DNA of 63,787 bases from a virus (Duplodnaviria > Caudoviricetes). Each line of letters opens with the position of its first letter. Position 1 is the first letter of the stretch. Below are positions 47,939 to 60,300 of this stretch, in pieces. The notes under the pieces are model-generated. The model was not told the origin of the DNA and ran no database searches. It worked only from the letters and a program-made list of their open reading frames with translations. A program made the translations under genes and the position numbers. The DNA lies in IMG/VR virus record IMGVR_UViG_3300025151_000033, positions 1 to 63,787 of that record. One strand, 5' to 3'.

Positions 47939-49408
47939 ATGGATAGAGATGAAACTTTTATTGATTTAGATGATGTTGAAGATATTGCAGAACAAATTGA
48001 AGCGTTAGGAGAAGTGCCGAGTAGCAACTTAGAAGAATATCCTTATTTGCTTAGAGAATGGATTAAGTCTGCAAGTGAAGTTTCAACAAAAAATGAAGTT
48101 CCTTGTGCTTTAGGATTCATTTCATTACTTAGCACTATTTGTAGTGATATTGTTGCAGTTAAATTTAAGAGAAATGTTGAAGATTGTAGGATTCATTTTT
48201 GTTGGATTCAAACTACAGGTTCAGGTAAATCAACATTATTTAATTTTCTCGGTCCTGTATTAAAAGGAGTTTATACCAGAATTAATGCAATTGAAGCAAA
48301 TAAAGAATATGACTTAGTTGATGTAAAGGATTTCACTACTCCTGCATTAATTGGAAGTGTTAAAGAAGATGGAAGAGATGATGACGGAAATACTCAATAT
48401 GCACCTATTGATGGTCTATTGAAAGGTTCAGGATTAGTTGCTTTTGATGAGTTTGAGAATGTTGGAGTATTTAAGGCTCATACACATAAAGAAGGTTTAG
48501 TTGGACATTTGAATACTATGATGAATACTCTTTGGGGTCAAAATTACAAAATTAAAAAGAAATTGACACAAGGACCAATTATTGAATGTGATGCTCGTAG
48601 GGCTATTTATGCTACAACTTATCCACCAAAGAATCTTCAAGATATTATTGCTGATACAGGTTTATTGCAAAGAATGGTTTTATTCGTTAGAGAAACTACT
48701 GATGATGAAAAAGACCAAATGATGATGAATCTAATTGATGCAATTGGAGAAGATGAAGATATTGAAACACCTATTGAGCGTTTTAGTGATGCTTTGTTTA
48801 AGACTTACACTACATTAAAAGAAAGACAACTTGAATTGATACAAGATAATCCTACTTGGTCTGAATTACAAGTAGCGATGAAAATTGTTGAGTTTAGTCC
48901 AGCAGTTAAAGATTTGATGAAGTATGAATATTATAACATGACCGAGTTCTTGAGGGGAGTTAGAGCCGAAGTAAAAGAAACAACCGATAAATTTACTGCT
49001 CGTCTTTTTGTAAATTTAACTAAGTTATCTGTGTTGATGTGTATTATGGAAGCACCTTCTATTCCTAAAGAAGATAGATTTACTGTTCAAGCAAGAAATG
49101 TTCGTCAAGCGGCTAAATTGATTAGACAATGTTATATAGCCCTCGTATCATGGCTTGATGTAGCCCTGCGAGAGCGTAGGCAATCAATTGTTGAATTAGC
49201 GGGAATTAATCATTGGAAAACTGCATTTGAAGAAACAAAGAAAGATGAAGATGGTTTTGTTCTTAAAACTAATTTAATAAATACTTTTATGAAAATTGCA
49301 AATGTCGCAAGACCAACTGCTTTTAGAAAATATAAGAAAATTGCTTCTATGTTTGAGGAAAAGAAAAAGGGTGTATCTCCGTATTTGAAATGGAAGGTGA
49401 ATGAATAA
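47939..49408 (+). CDS. MCM-like/AAA+ replicative helicase
   Basis: TGSGKS, FDEFE, GLLQRM arginine finger, C-terminal winged helix. Confidence 0.65.
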   Translation: MDRDETFIDLDDVEDIAEQIEALGEVPSSNLEEYPYLLREWIKSASEVSTKNEVPCALGFISLLSTICSDIVAVKFKRNVEDCRIHFCWIQTTGSGKSTLFNFLGPVLKGVYTRINAIEANKEYDLVDVKDFTTPALIGSVKEDGRDDDGNTQYAPIDGLLKGSGLVAFDEFENVGVFKAHTHKEGLVGHLNTMMNTLWGQNYKIKKKLTQGPIIECDARRAIYATTYPPKNLQDIIADTGLLQRMVLFVRETTDDEKDQMMMNLIDAIGEDEDIETPIERFSDALFKTYTTLKERQLELIQDNPTWSELQVAMKIVEFSPAVKDLMKYEYYNMTEFLRGVRAEVKETTDKFTARLFVNLTKLSVLMCIMEAPSIPKEDRFTVQARNVRQAAKLIRQCYIALVSWLDVALRERRQSIVELAGINHWKTAFEETKKDEDGFVLKTNLINTFMKIANVARPTAFRKYKKIASMFEEKKKGVSPYLKWKVNE

Positions 49409-49641
49409 TGAAATATGAAACTGAGTTTTTAGTGTTTGATGTAAGTAAAGGACCAAAAATAATTGTTGAGAATTTAAATTCTTATGGGCAAGATGGTTGG
49501 GAATTAAAGTCAATGATTAATGTTGCAGGTGAAAAACTTGTTGCATTTTTACAAAGACAAACTGATGTTGAAACACCTAAAGATAAACAGACTGAAAGAC
49601 TAAAGAATCTATGGTCTGGAAATGGTGAAAAGGATGAATAA
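49408..49641 (+). CDS. DUF4177-like protein
   Basis: LNSYGQDGWELKS. Confidence 0.6.
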   Translation: MKYETEFLVFDVSKGPKIIVENLNSYGQDGWELKSMINVAGEKLVAFLQRQTDVETPKDKQTERLKNLWSGNGEKDE

Positions 49642-50230
49642 TGTTTTGGCAATTGATATTGAAACTAAAAATCTTTCACATGAGATTGGCGGTTGGGGTA
49701 ATACCCATATGTTCTTAGTTTCAACAGTTTGCACACATGATGGTAATATATCAAAAGCATATGTTGAAGATAACATAATTGATTCAATTGAAAAAACACA
49801 GTATGAAGTATTTCCACTATCACAATTAAAATACGACTTAGACGACCATTTTGAAAAAGGAGGATTATTATTGGGTCATAATATTGGTGCATTTGATTTG
49901 CCTGTATTAAGAGATTCAATGGATATTTTTTGTATCACTAAATATATTAAAAATGAACAATATATAGATACAAGTAAATATTTAGTTAAAGAGTATGGTG
50001 AAAGATTTTCATTAGAAAACTTAGTGAATCATAACTTTGGTGAAACAAAACAATTAGAGAGTATTCAAGCACCTGCTTTATGGAAACAACAAGAATATCA
50101 AACAGTAGTTGATTATTGCGTTGATGATTGTAAATTAGTTTACAAATTGTGGAAAAGAGGAAAAGATAATCTTATTGATGCGTTTAGCATAGAAAAGGAA
50201 GAAGTAGTGAAAATGGAGGTGAATTGGTAA
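49634..50230 (+). CDS. DEDD/RNase H-like 3'-5' exonuclease
   Basis: DIETK, GHNIGAFDL, YCVDD. Confidence 0.8.
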   Translation: MNNVLAIDIETKNLSHEIGGWGNTHMFLVSTVCTHDGNISKAYVEDNIIDSIEKTQYEVFPLSQLKYDLDDHFEKGGLLLGHNIGAFDLPVLRDSMDIFCITKYIKNEQYIDTSKYLVKEYGERFSLENLVNHNFGETKQLESIQAPALWKQQEYQTVVDYCVDDCKLVYKLWKRGKDNLIDAFSIEKEEVVKMEVNW

Positions 50231-50388
50231 TGGCATTAAGCACGGCAGAAGTATTTGGTTGGGTTTTCTTTTTACTAATTATTACTATACTATTCTTTGC
50301 GGCTTTTGGCGGTTCAACCGTCACAGAAGAGTCTATTGAAGAATATATAGAACAACTAATGAAAGATGACAAAAACAACAATAGATAG
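50230..50388 (+). CDS. small membrane protein
   Basis: 52 aa MALSTAEVFGWVFFLLIITILFFAAFGG... Confidence 0.55.
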   Translation: MALSTAEVFGWVFFLLIITILFFAAFGGSTVTEESIEEYIEQLMKDDKNNNR

Positions 50389-50396
50389 GTGAAATT

Positions 50397-50558
50397 ATGG
50401 CTTTGCGAGAACAATGTCCTTTTTGTGGCATTCATACGATACCTAAGAGAATCTTAGGTTTTTATGTAGGTTCAAGCGATAGCCTTAAAATATGGGAATG
50501 TAGGGAATGTTCTTCTCTATGGTCTGAAAAATTGGGGGAAAGAGAGTTATTGGTTTAA
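50397..50558 (+). CDS. small Zn-ribbon protein
   Basis: 53 aa, CPFCG...WECREC, GGTGA SD. Confidence 0.55.
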   Translation: MALREQCPFCGIHTIPKRILGFYVGSSDSLKIWECRECSSLWSEKLGERELLV

Positions 50559-50604
50559 TCGCCAATAGCCCTTTTTCTCCCTTTTTTTATTTTTTATTTT
50601 TTTT
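50534..50604 (+). terminator. hairpin plus long T-tract terminator ending the replication block
   Basis: GGGGGAAAGAGAGTTATTGG...CCAATAGCCCTTTTTCTCCC followed by T-runs. Confidence 0.7.
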
Positions 50605-50846
50605 CAAAAAAAATTTTTTTCAGCCCCTTGCGGATTCGCTCAATCGGGCGGTTGGGGTGGCTCAAATCATGTCCGTATAGAGCCGTAGCGTAGCCTGTAT
50701 GCCCCGTTTTTGATTAGGTGCATATCGGGAGGGGGCGGGGTGGTGAATCGCTCACAATCGCCCCGTATCAAATCCTGTTCATAGGGTTAAAAAATTAATA
50801 TTTTTGGGTTCTTTATATACTGTCGGCAGGGGGATTTTGCTAACTT

Positions 50847-51815
50847 TCAGCCCATTTGAATTGGAATATAAATATTATTTCCGTTAAATTGATTTGCTAA
50901 AATATCATAAGTTGCTAAAGGTGCATTTGGGGAATTATCATGAATTGTTAATGTAGTAATTGAAATAAAACCTGTTTGTCCTGTTTGTCCGTGTATTGAT
51001 GTTCCATCATAAGCCCACGCATTTATATTTGGGGCTTGTGGTTGAGTATAACCTAAACCAATTGCAAATTGAGGATTACCTATATTTGAACCTTGACTAT
51101 AATCAGGCATATAATCAGGGAATTTTGGTGAATGTAAACCTGCCATTATTAAATTATTGTAAAAAGTTACAGTAGGATTTTGATTTACAGGAAAACATAC
51201 AACAGTAAAATATCTATTTGCCATAGCATTTTGAGATGATAATTGAGCCAATTCAGGAAACATACCACCAGAACCATTTTGAAATACAAAAAATGGTATA
51301 TCTAAAATATTAATTAATCCACTACTAAAAGAACCAATATCAACTTCCCAACCAATCTCTAAATACCACATATTAGCCCCTTTAATATTAATTGTTAAAC
51401 CACTAACATCAATATCAAGATAAAAATTGTAATATCCTACTAAAGTGTCAGTATAATTTCCTGAAAAAATTTGTGGATATACCTGAGAAGGGTCGCCAAT
51501 TCCTCCTAAATTATATACAGGATATAAAATATTATTAGGAGTTAATAATCTATTTGCAGGAGTATCTTCAGCATAATTAATATTTGTAGGTGTTGATACT
51601 GCGGGATAATTACTAAATGGTGGAACTGTTGAACCAAAAGGTGCAGGATTATTAGTATAAACTTCTAAATCAACTGCACTTGATTCTTGATGAATTTGAA
51701 TATTATTCAATTGTGCAAATAAACCAACAATTGCGCCAGGACCACCACCGCCACCACCGCCAACACCGCCTAAAGACTTCAAACTTGCAGTAGTGGCTAA
51801 AGATATATTTCCCAT
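50847..51815 (-). CDS. putative virion/tail-associated protein
   Basis: 322 aa, poly-Gly linker, N/P/G-rich; last gene of the tail operon. Confidence 0.6.
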   Translation of the reverse strand: MGNISLATTASLKSLGGVGGGGGGGPGAIVGLFAQLNNIQIHQESSAVDLEVYTNNPAPFGSTVPPFSNYPAVSTPTNINYAEDTPANRLLTPNNILYPVYNLGGIGDPSQVYPQIFSGNYTDTLVGYYNFYLDIDVSGLTINIKGANMWYLEIGWEVDIGSFSSGLINILDIPFFVFQNGSGGMFPELAQLSSQNAMANRYFTVVCFPVNQNPTVTFYNNLIMAGLHSPKFPDYMPDYSQGSNIGNPQFAIGLGYTQPQAPNINAWAYDGTSIHGQTGQTGFISITTLTIHDNSPNAPLATYDILANQFNGNNIYIPIQMG

Positions 51816-51819
51816 TTAA

Positions 51820-53997
51820 TCACCCAATTATTGACCAAATATTGTTACCGAGATAAGTAAATGTTTTAGCACTTCCAGCAATAGTATTTGTATTAGTAGC
51901 CGTTCCATCAGTTAATGATTGTGAGCCTTGACAAGATACAGTTAATGAAGAAGCAGGGCTTAACAATTGAAATAGATATTGTGTGCCTAATTGAGCATTT
52001 GATGGTAAAGTGAATGTTATTCCATTTTGCCCTACAAAATAGTGCATTCCTGAAAATACAGGACTTAAATATACAGTTGCAGGATAACCTGAAGTAATAT
52101 AAGTTGTATGTGCTAATCCTCCGCTATTGTCATTTAATAGAATCCAAGTTGGATTTGCAGAATGTCCTTGACTTCCCCAATCATTATAATTAGCCTCACT
52201 TTCTAATCCATAAGAAACAGGCATTACTGTAATAGTTTCCATAGGGCGAAGTATTATAGCACTTGTCATATTATCTGGAACAGTTGGTGAAGGTAAGTTT
52301 GCGACATTTAATAGACTTTTAAGTGATACAACTCTATTAGAAACATATGCAAAATTATTACCTCTATTTTCATTACCACCTTCAATAACTCCTTCAAGAA
52401 CACTTACACCGTCATATCCATGATGCTTACAAATAACTACTACATTGGTATGTCTATTTACATTTTTAATTGTATAAAGTAATCCCGCAGTTGCTTCCAT
52501 AGCAGGAGGTAATGCAGTAAATAATACTGAACCACCAAAAACATCGTTTGCAGGTGATAATATGCTAAAACCTTCCCATATTTCATCATTGTAAGTATTA
52601 ACTGTTGGACTTTGATGACCGCCCGTTCCAACAGGTGAATAAGCAGATAAATCGTGAGTATATGATTCACTACCAATTAAATGAACATGATGTGCTAAAT
52701 TTAATGGAGTTGCTAAAGCATCAGTCCACAAAATATGACCACATTGATTATTTGTTCCAAGTGTTGCGGCAAATCCTACTGATTTTTCAGTTGATTTACT
52801 TTTACTTATATGTATTCCATTATCTGCATTTAATTTAACTCCCATATTAACTGAAGTTCCTGCGCTAAATGTAATAGAAGAAGTGCCTAATGAGTCTTGA
52901 ATTGTATTATTTACTGATTTCAATATTCCGACAGAAACAAGACCTGCAACTGCACCAATTAAAACTGTTCCTGCATAATTAGCAAAATTAACTGTTCCTG
53001 AAACTGTGGCTTGATTTAGAATATCTGCACTAAGACCTGCACCACCAGACTTTTGTATATTACCACCGAATATAAAATTATTAGTTAATGTTGCATCTCC
53101 ACTTTCAGTTATTTCAAATACTGAACCATTAGCCCCATTTCTAAATTGATAAATAGATGTATGGGGAGTAGTGCTTTCATCATAATCAACTCTAAAGATT
53201 AAACTATCTGTTGAAGAAAGATATGTTGAATATAAATGAGCCGCAGTTAAATTACCTGTTATAGTGGTATTGCCACCTACTGCTAAATCATTTTCAATTG
53301 TAGCATTACCTTCTCCTGTAATTGAAAATTGAGTTTGTGGACTTCCTGCATTATCTGTAATCTTAAATATGTCAGTAGCAGAAGTTCCAGGTAATTTAAA
53401 TTCAAAATCACCCACACTTGTAAATAATGCTTTAGTTGCATTTGCAGTAATAGTTAATGCTTCATTATAAATGTTTGAATTAGAATATCCTAAACTTAAA
53501 GATTTTGAAAGAGTCTTTGAAGTTAAATATTGAATTTCTCTTGAGTTGATATTAGTTTGCCCTGTTTCAATTCTAATCATGGCAATTGGTATATCTCCAT
53601 CTTCAGGAGAAGCACCAACAGGCGTTGAAGAACCTAAAGCAGAAGTTCCTCGTATTTGTAGTGCATTAGAAGAATCTAAAACTAACATGACATAATAATC
53701 ACCATTTGAAGTAGCAGTTGCAGTTGCTTTAGTTACTGTTGTTTGTGTAAAAGTTGAAAATAAACCATTTCTGAAATATCCTCCATTAGATACAGTATAA
53801 ACAGTTTCAGTATCTCCGCCTGTTCCTACTGCTTGTGAAACATCAAACCCATAAGCGACATAAGAACCTTGAGTCATAATATTCAATGCTTTAATAATAC
53901 CTGAATGTATTGCATCTTGATTATCAATTAAATGGTCATTTACTCCAGGATTTAACTTTAATGATGAAATATAACCTTGATTACCCATATTACTCAA
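51820..53997 (-). CDS. putative tail fibre / adhesin
   Basis: 725 aa, G/T/S/N-rich; C-terminal TFTLPSNA..G..Y.F fibre-type motif. Confidence 0.6.
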   Translation of the reverse strand: MSNMGNQGYISSLKLNPGVNDHLIDNQDAIHSGIIKALNIMTQGSYVAYGFDVSQAVGTGGDTETVYTVSNGGYFRNGLFSTFTQTTVTKATATATSNGDYYVMLVLDSSNALQIRGTSALGSSTPVGASPEDGDIPIAMIRIETGQTNINSREIQYLTSKTLSKSLSLGYSNSNIYNEALTITANATKALFTSVGDFEFKLPGTSATDIFKITDNAGSPQTQFSITGEGNATIENDLAVGGNTTITGNLTAAHLYSTYLSSTDSLIFRVDYDESTTPHTSIYQFRNGANGSVFEITESGDATLTNNFIFGGNIQKSGGAGLSADILNQATVSGTVNFANYAGTVLIGAVAGLVSVGILKSVNNTIQDSLGTSSITFSAGTSVNMGVKLNADNGIHISKSKSTEKSVGFAATLGTNNQCGHILWTDALATPLNLAHHVHLIGSESYTHDLSAYSPVGTGGHQSPTVNTYNDEIWEGFSILSPANDVFGGSVLFTALPPAMEATAGLLYTIKNVNRHTNVVVICKHHGYDGVSVLEGVIEGGNENRGNNFAYVSNRVVSLKSLLNVANLPSPTVPDNMTSAIILRPMETITVMPVSYGLESEANYNDWGSQGHSANPTWILLNDNSGGLAHTTYITSGYPATVYLSPVFSGMHYFVGQNGITFTLPSNAQLGTQYLFQLLSPASSLTVSCQGSQSLTDGTATNTNTIAGSAKTFTYLGNNIWSIIG

Positions 53998-54382
53998 CCT
54001 CCATTACAAAAGTAAAAGTGACGCTATCATTTGATGCTATCGGACCAATACTATTAAAGTTTACCCTTGATAATAACTTGTCATTCATTTGTTCCCTATA
54101 TGCTGATAAAATATCTCCTGATGATGGAACTACACTTAAACCACTAAATAATCCTAATTCACTAATATTAGTTCCATTAATATCAGAACCACTAAATGTA
54201 ACTTCATAAATAACTTGGTTATTTAACACCGTTACACTTGAAGCAGTTTTTTTACCTGTAATGGCATTATCTAATTTTTTCTGTCTTGCACTTGTATCAT
54301 CTGAACCGTTGCCTAATTGTATTTCATCAAAAATTATGGCTATCATTCTTGCTAATGCTTTCTTTCCATCTTCAACTATCAT
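53990..54382 (-). CDS. putative tail/baseplate protein
   Basis: IQLGNG...ISELGLF...LLSRV.F pattern typical of tail-collar proteins. Confidence 0.55.
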   Translation of the reverse strand: MIVEDGKKALARMIAIIFDEIQLGNGSDDTSARQKKLDNAITGKKTASSVTVLNNQVIYEVTFSGSDINGTNISELGLFSGLSVVPSSGDILSAYREQMNDKLLSRVNFNSIGPIASNDSVTFTFVMEVE

Positions 54383-54387
54383 TTTTA

Positions 54388-57300
54388 TCACTCACTTAAA
54401 TCTATTGTTGTATCTGTTCCTTCTATTGTTTGATTACCAAATAAATTGGTAAAGGAAAATATTTGATTGAATCCTAATCCATTATTGCCTTGAACTATAG
54501 TATGTCTTATTCTAAGACTGATGGGGTTTATTTTGAAGTCAGCATAACTTCTATGTAAAGTTTCCGATGCTATATTTTGATTACTAAATAACTTTGTAGC
54601 GTTTTTCTTTTCAGTAATAGCCAATTCAGCAAATCTTTCAGCAATAGATTTTTCATAAGCAACTACTGATAATTCCATAGCGTCAGCAAATGTATTTTTA
54701 ATTTCAAATATCATATAATCGTCTTTAGGAATTTCTTGTTGAGGGAAGTTTAATGTAATAACATCTCCTGCATTCAAATGTTCTATTCCTGTTTTATGTA
54801 ACTTAATTTTAATTTTTTGCCTACCTTTACTATGTAAATCTAACAATTCTTCTGCTTTAACTTTAGCATCGGTTTTAGTTTTAATATTATCATTATAGTA
54901 ATTTAAAGTCTTAGTTCTTTTTCCTTCAACTTTCATTTCAGCAACTACTTTTATATTATCTCCATAAACAATAACTTTATTTGCAAACTTAAATAAACTT
55001 TTAGTGCTTTCACTTGCTTCAATAAAAACATCTTCATTTTTATAAGATATATTCGCTTTACTTGTAGGCATTTCTTCTTTAGGTGAGAAATTAATAACAT
55101 CTCCAACTACGCTACTTTCAATATCCTTGTATGTTGCTAAATAATTAATTCCTGCTAACAAATCATCTCCTGCAATATTACCTGAAACAAAGTAAGGATA
55201 GTTAGTTCTTTTAGAAATAACAGAATTTATTGAAGGTTTATTTATCATATGATATATATTAATCTTACATTTAGTAGTTGCATAACTTTGAATACTATGT
55301 ATTCTTCCTAATCTAATGTTGTTGTAAAATAGTGTATCTCCGTTTTTCAATATACTTTCAACTTCAGAATCACTATTATTTAATATGATATAAGAAGAAT
55401 ATGGATTTGAACTGTAAAAGTAAGATTCAACTAAGAAATTAGTTTTCTCTTTTGAAAGATTACCTGTTTCAAAACTGATTCCATTTTCTTCTAACAATTC
55501 TTCAATTGTTCTTTCCACTTCAGAACAAATCGTCATTTCAGCCGTAATACAACCATGAGTAGCCTGTTTCATTTTAGGAGATAATTCTGTAGTAATAGTA
55601 ATCATTTCTCCAATTGATACTGCACCATAGTAGTCATTCTTAACATCATTTTTGAAACTAATTCTTGGGAATGAAGTTTTTATTAAAGCCATTTCATTTA
55701 CTTCAGAATTTACTCCATCTGTAATATATAGACTTGTGTTTTGACCATTTAAGAAAATATTATTCAAATGAGATAAAGAGTTTAAATCTCTCATTATTAA
55801 ATAACCTTCTTCTTGATAAGCAATTGTTTGTTCAGAAGAAGCAATAACATACAATTCAAATATTCCTTCACAATCTCTTGCTAATGCACTATCAATTAAT
55901 CCTAAATTTCTTGGTGCAAAAGTAGTAAGAACTTCATCTTCACCCGTATATCTCAATACATTTCTATTATTCATAACATACAACGGACAATATTTTGTAT
56001 CTTTAGGAATAGTCTTAGGTTCAATTCTCATTAATCTAAATTTGACTCCTATATCATCTGCAAGAGTTCCCCATTGTTTATCTAAAGTTAAAGTATGAGT
56101 TCCATTTGAATGTATATGAGAAATAATTTTACCAATATAATTAGGAATTATTCCATCAGTTAATATATCTGAATGTAATGGGTTAGTATTACTTGGTAAA
56201 GTTCTTGACAAATTATAATCATATTCATGGACTCCCTTATTACTGACTAAAAATTTACCTTCTAAGTTAGGCGTGTAGTTAATCCATTGTAAAGAATTAT
56301 CGTCTGTTGTATCAATTACAATAGTATTTGAATTATCGCTACAAGTAATTCCATCATCAACTACATTAATTTGAGGTTTAAATATTAAATCTCCCGAAAC
56401 AGAAGTTCCTGTATCACCTAATCTTTGAACTCCCGTTTGACCTGTAATATAATACCAACCTTGTGATATAGCCCATAAATCAACGCTTCCATAATTTGAA
56501 GCCAATGATGCTGAAAAATTATCAAGTATTTCACTATATCTTGTATTTAAGGCTTCACCGAATCCTTGAATTAAACTAATTCTTGCAGATGATTTATGGT
56601 CGCCATCACCTGTTCCCCAAAAATTACCATGAAAACTACCATCGTCTTTTACCGTATTTGACATTCCCGAAACTGAATATGGTATATGTCTTTCAGATTC
56701 ACTAAATGGAGGTTTAATATTCATATATACTGCCGTTGTTCTTCTAAATACATTTTGATTTCCATGTGAAGGGAAACCTAAAACTGCACTTTCATCTCTA
56801 TAAGATAAGTGATGTAAAATTTTAGAAGGTTGATAATAAAAATCAGTAGCAGTAGTGCTTGTGACATTATGCCAATTTTCAAGTCTATTAACAGGAGTAG
56901 TTGTTGAATTATGAATAAGTGGTCCAATTAATGTTTTATTATCATTGACACAATTTTCTTCATAATAATCTTTATTAACTTTAGAATTAATATTTAAACT
57001 TCTTGTAAAGTTATATTTATAATTTCTTGATATACTATCATTTGCAATACCTTTATTTCTATTGCTACCATATATTTCAAATACATGAATTCTGTCTGCA
57101 TTATTGTCAATTGACTGAATTATTCTAATTGACTCACTTGAATAAACATTGACTTTAGCCGCAGATTTTAACCTAAGATGATTATTGCTTGCAGGTGGAT
57201 TAGTGCCAAAAGTAGCACCATTATGGAATGTTCCACTTTGAATAATTCCTACATAAGTTCCATCTGTTTTGTAAATAATATCTCCTTCTTCAAGTCCATG

Positions 57301-60300
57301 TCCTGTATGTATTGTATCACAAGAATTACTTAGAGTTTGACCACTATTAATAGATAATCCAGAAACATAAGAAGATGCTTTGTTAGACCAACATATATAA
57401 CCATAATTAAATCGTGTTCCTGTTCCTGGACTTTGAATTAAATTCTCTCCAAACTTAACTGTATTTAATGGATTAAATGGATTAAAATGCCAATCATAAG
57501 TATCTTCAACTAAACGAATTAATGAAAATCTATCTATGCTATTTGAATGTGTAGTATCAACTATTTTTAATGACTCATAATCTTTATCTAATTTTCTCTT
57601 TCTTTCAGATAATCCATCATAAAGTCCATGACTTGTTTTTGTTAGTGATTTATCTCTAACTCCATCATTTGTTAAAATTAAAGAATACTTAGATAAATCT
57701 CTTCCTCGTTTAAGTAAATTAAATACATTGTTGTAAGAATGAGGTTGGAGACTACCTGTTGAAAATAAATCATAAGAATAACAACTTGGGTCGTTTAATT
57801 CCCATCTTTCTTTCAATTGTTTAATAGGACTATCCATTTCAATACTACCATCAGCATTTCCTATTTCTCCATTGTAAGTTCTTGTGGATTCTAAATGAGG
57901 AATAGTTTTTGGATAAAAATAAGTATTTCCATTTGCAAATCCATCATCTAAATATTTACCTGTCATAGCATCGTTATTCTTTTCATATATTGGAGTATAT
58001 GTAGCAAAACCTGCACCACTTAAATAAACTCTTGCATATGCAGAAACTCCACTATTAGATTTATCTGAATAAGTATCAATTGATTCTTCATGAAAATTGA
58101 TATTTTGTCCATCAAAAGTTTCAATTTGTTTCCTATTTAATACTCCAGAATCTCCTTTTTCTAATCCTATATATCTGTATATTTCACTTCTATTGTTTGA
58201 ATCTAAATTAGTGTATGGAACTTGCCCTGTCTTTGAGTTTAATCTATGAATAATTCCTCCATCAAACATTCCTTGACTATTTATTAGATATAACCCAGAA
58301 GCATTAGGATAAATAGTATCACTTGTATTTGTTTCAATTCTTCCCATAACAAGTGGACTTACTGCCGCTAAAGTAATTGTAGTTTTATTATCATCAGTAT
58401 TTTGCATATTAACAATTGGTAATTTTTGTGTAGCATTACTTATTTGGATTGTTTCTAAATCCGCAGTTGTAAATCTCTCATTTCCTATTAACATAGCAAA
58501 TTCTGAATCTTCACCATCAATTATTCCTCTTGGAGAATTTATATGATAACCTTTTGCTTTGACATTATTATTTGCAGATGTTCCCATTAAATCCGTAAAT
58601 CTAATACCTGCACTATTTAATTTTTCTCCCGAATCAAAAACGATTCCTTTATTTGAAACTGATTCTAAATGAGTAGGTCTTTTTGAATTTTGAATATCAG
58701 TTTCAATAGATTTACCTGATAATAAATAGCAATTATCCAAAGGAACAACATATACTGTTCCTAATGGCGGGTCAGCAATTGGGCGTTGATTAAATCTTAA
58801 AGTTTGTTGATTAGCATTATAGTCCACACTTACATGGTTCGCTAATCCTAAGAAATTTTTATTTGAATCAAGAACTATTAAATTATTATCAAATGAATTT
58901 TTACCAATTGTAAAATCAATAACCATAGTATAATTTGAACCTGCTGAAGCGTTATTAACATAACTTGCTACTGTAAATGTCAATTCTTGACTATCAAATG
59001 AATTAGAAGGTATATAGGTAGTTTTTACATATGGTGAAATAGAAGAATGAACGAAATCTTCAGAAAAAGTTAATTTTTTATTTAATTCAATTCCTTGTAA
59101 TCTATTAAAATTATTTCTTCCGTTGATTCTTAATCTTCTAATACCATTATCAGTTTCATAGTTTTTATCTTCAACTACTCCATTGAATATAGTTTTTTCT
59201 AAAGTAATAGTTCTTCCATAATAATCTAATATATTTACAGGATTATAGTAGTATAAATTTGGAGTAATATTTTTTGGAACAACATAATTGTATGTTTTAT
59301 CTCCATATTCTAAATCAATTCTTAGTCCAGAATAATTATTATCTCTCAATAATAAGTTACTTTTTGCAATAGAAGTATCTTCTTTCAATACATATTGACC
59401 GTTAATTGTAGGTAAATTTAAAGTATAATCAAAAGTATTATCTATTGCAGTAATTCCTAAAATTTTATTTCCAACATAAGGATAAGATTTTAATGATTGA
59501 TTTTCATGTTTAACTTGAACAGAAGTTCCTAATGTAAATTTCATACTATCTTGGTGTCTATATGCGCTGATAGTAATATCTTGAGTTGAATTAGATGTCA
59601 ATGGACTTATAGTGTCAATTATATAATAATAATCTCCAACTAAAATAGTATCTCCACTTTGTAATATAATTGATAAATCATTAGAAATATTTGAAATGTT
59701 TAAAACAGTTGAATTATTCGCAACGCTATTTACTAAAACTCCTAAGTCAATAAATGAACCATCTCTTTTTTGTAATTCTTGTCTTAATCTAAGTTTTCCA
59801 TTATCTTTAATTTTAGTATGTTGTATTCCTTCTGCATCAATAACTTCTAAAGTTAATAGACTTGTCAATTCATTATTGGATTCTTTTAGTTCCATAGAAC
59901 TTGTATTAGAAAGTTTATTTACTTTTTCTGGAGATTTCTTATAATAAGCATAAGTATTATCTCCTGTAAAAAATCCATGTAGTGCAGTTAAAAACTCAGT
60001 ATTAAATATTAATCCTGTATGTAAAGGTTCACTTGCATTAAAAAAGGAACTACCTAATATATTTTTGTATAAATGAACTTGATGTTGATATGCGTTTCTA
60101 TCAACAATACTTCTTTGTTTATTTCTAAATGCACTTCTCCAATATCTTGAATCAAAATTGTAAATATAAGAACCATTAAATCCTCCTAAATTTGGATTTA
60201 AAGTTTCAATAGGGCTTGAAGTTTCATCGTTTATTTTATGATTATCTATTAAACTTCCGTGTAAAGATAGTTTACTACTATCTAAAACTAAGTTGTCGTG

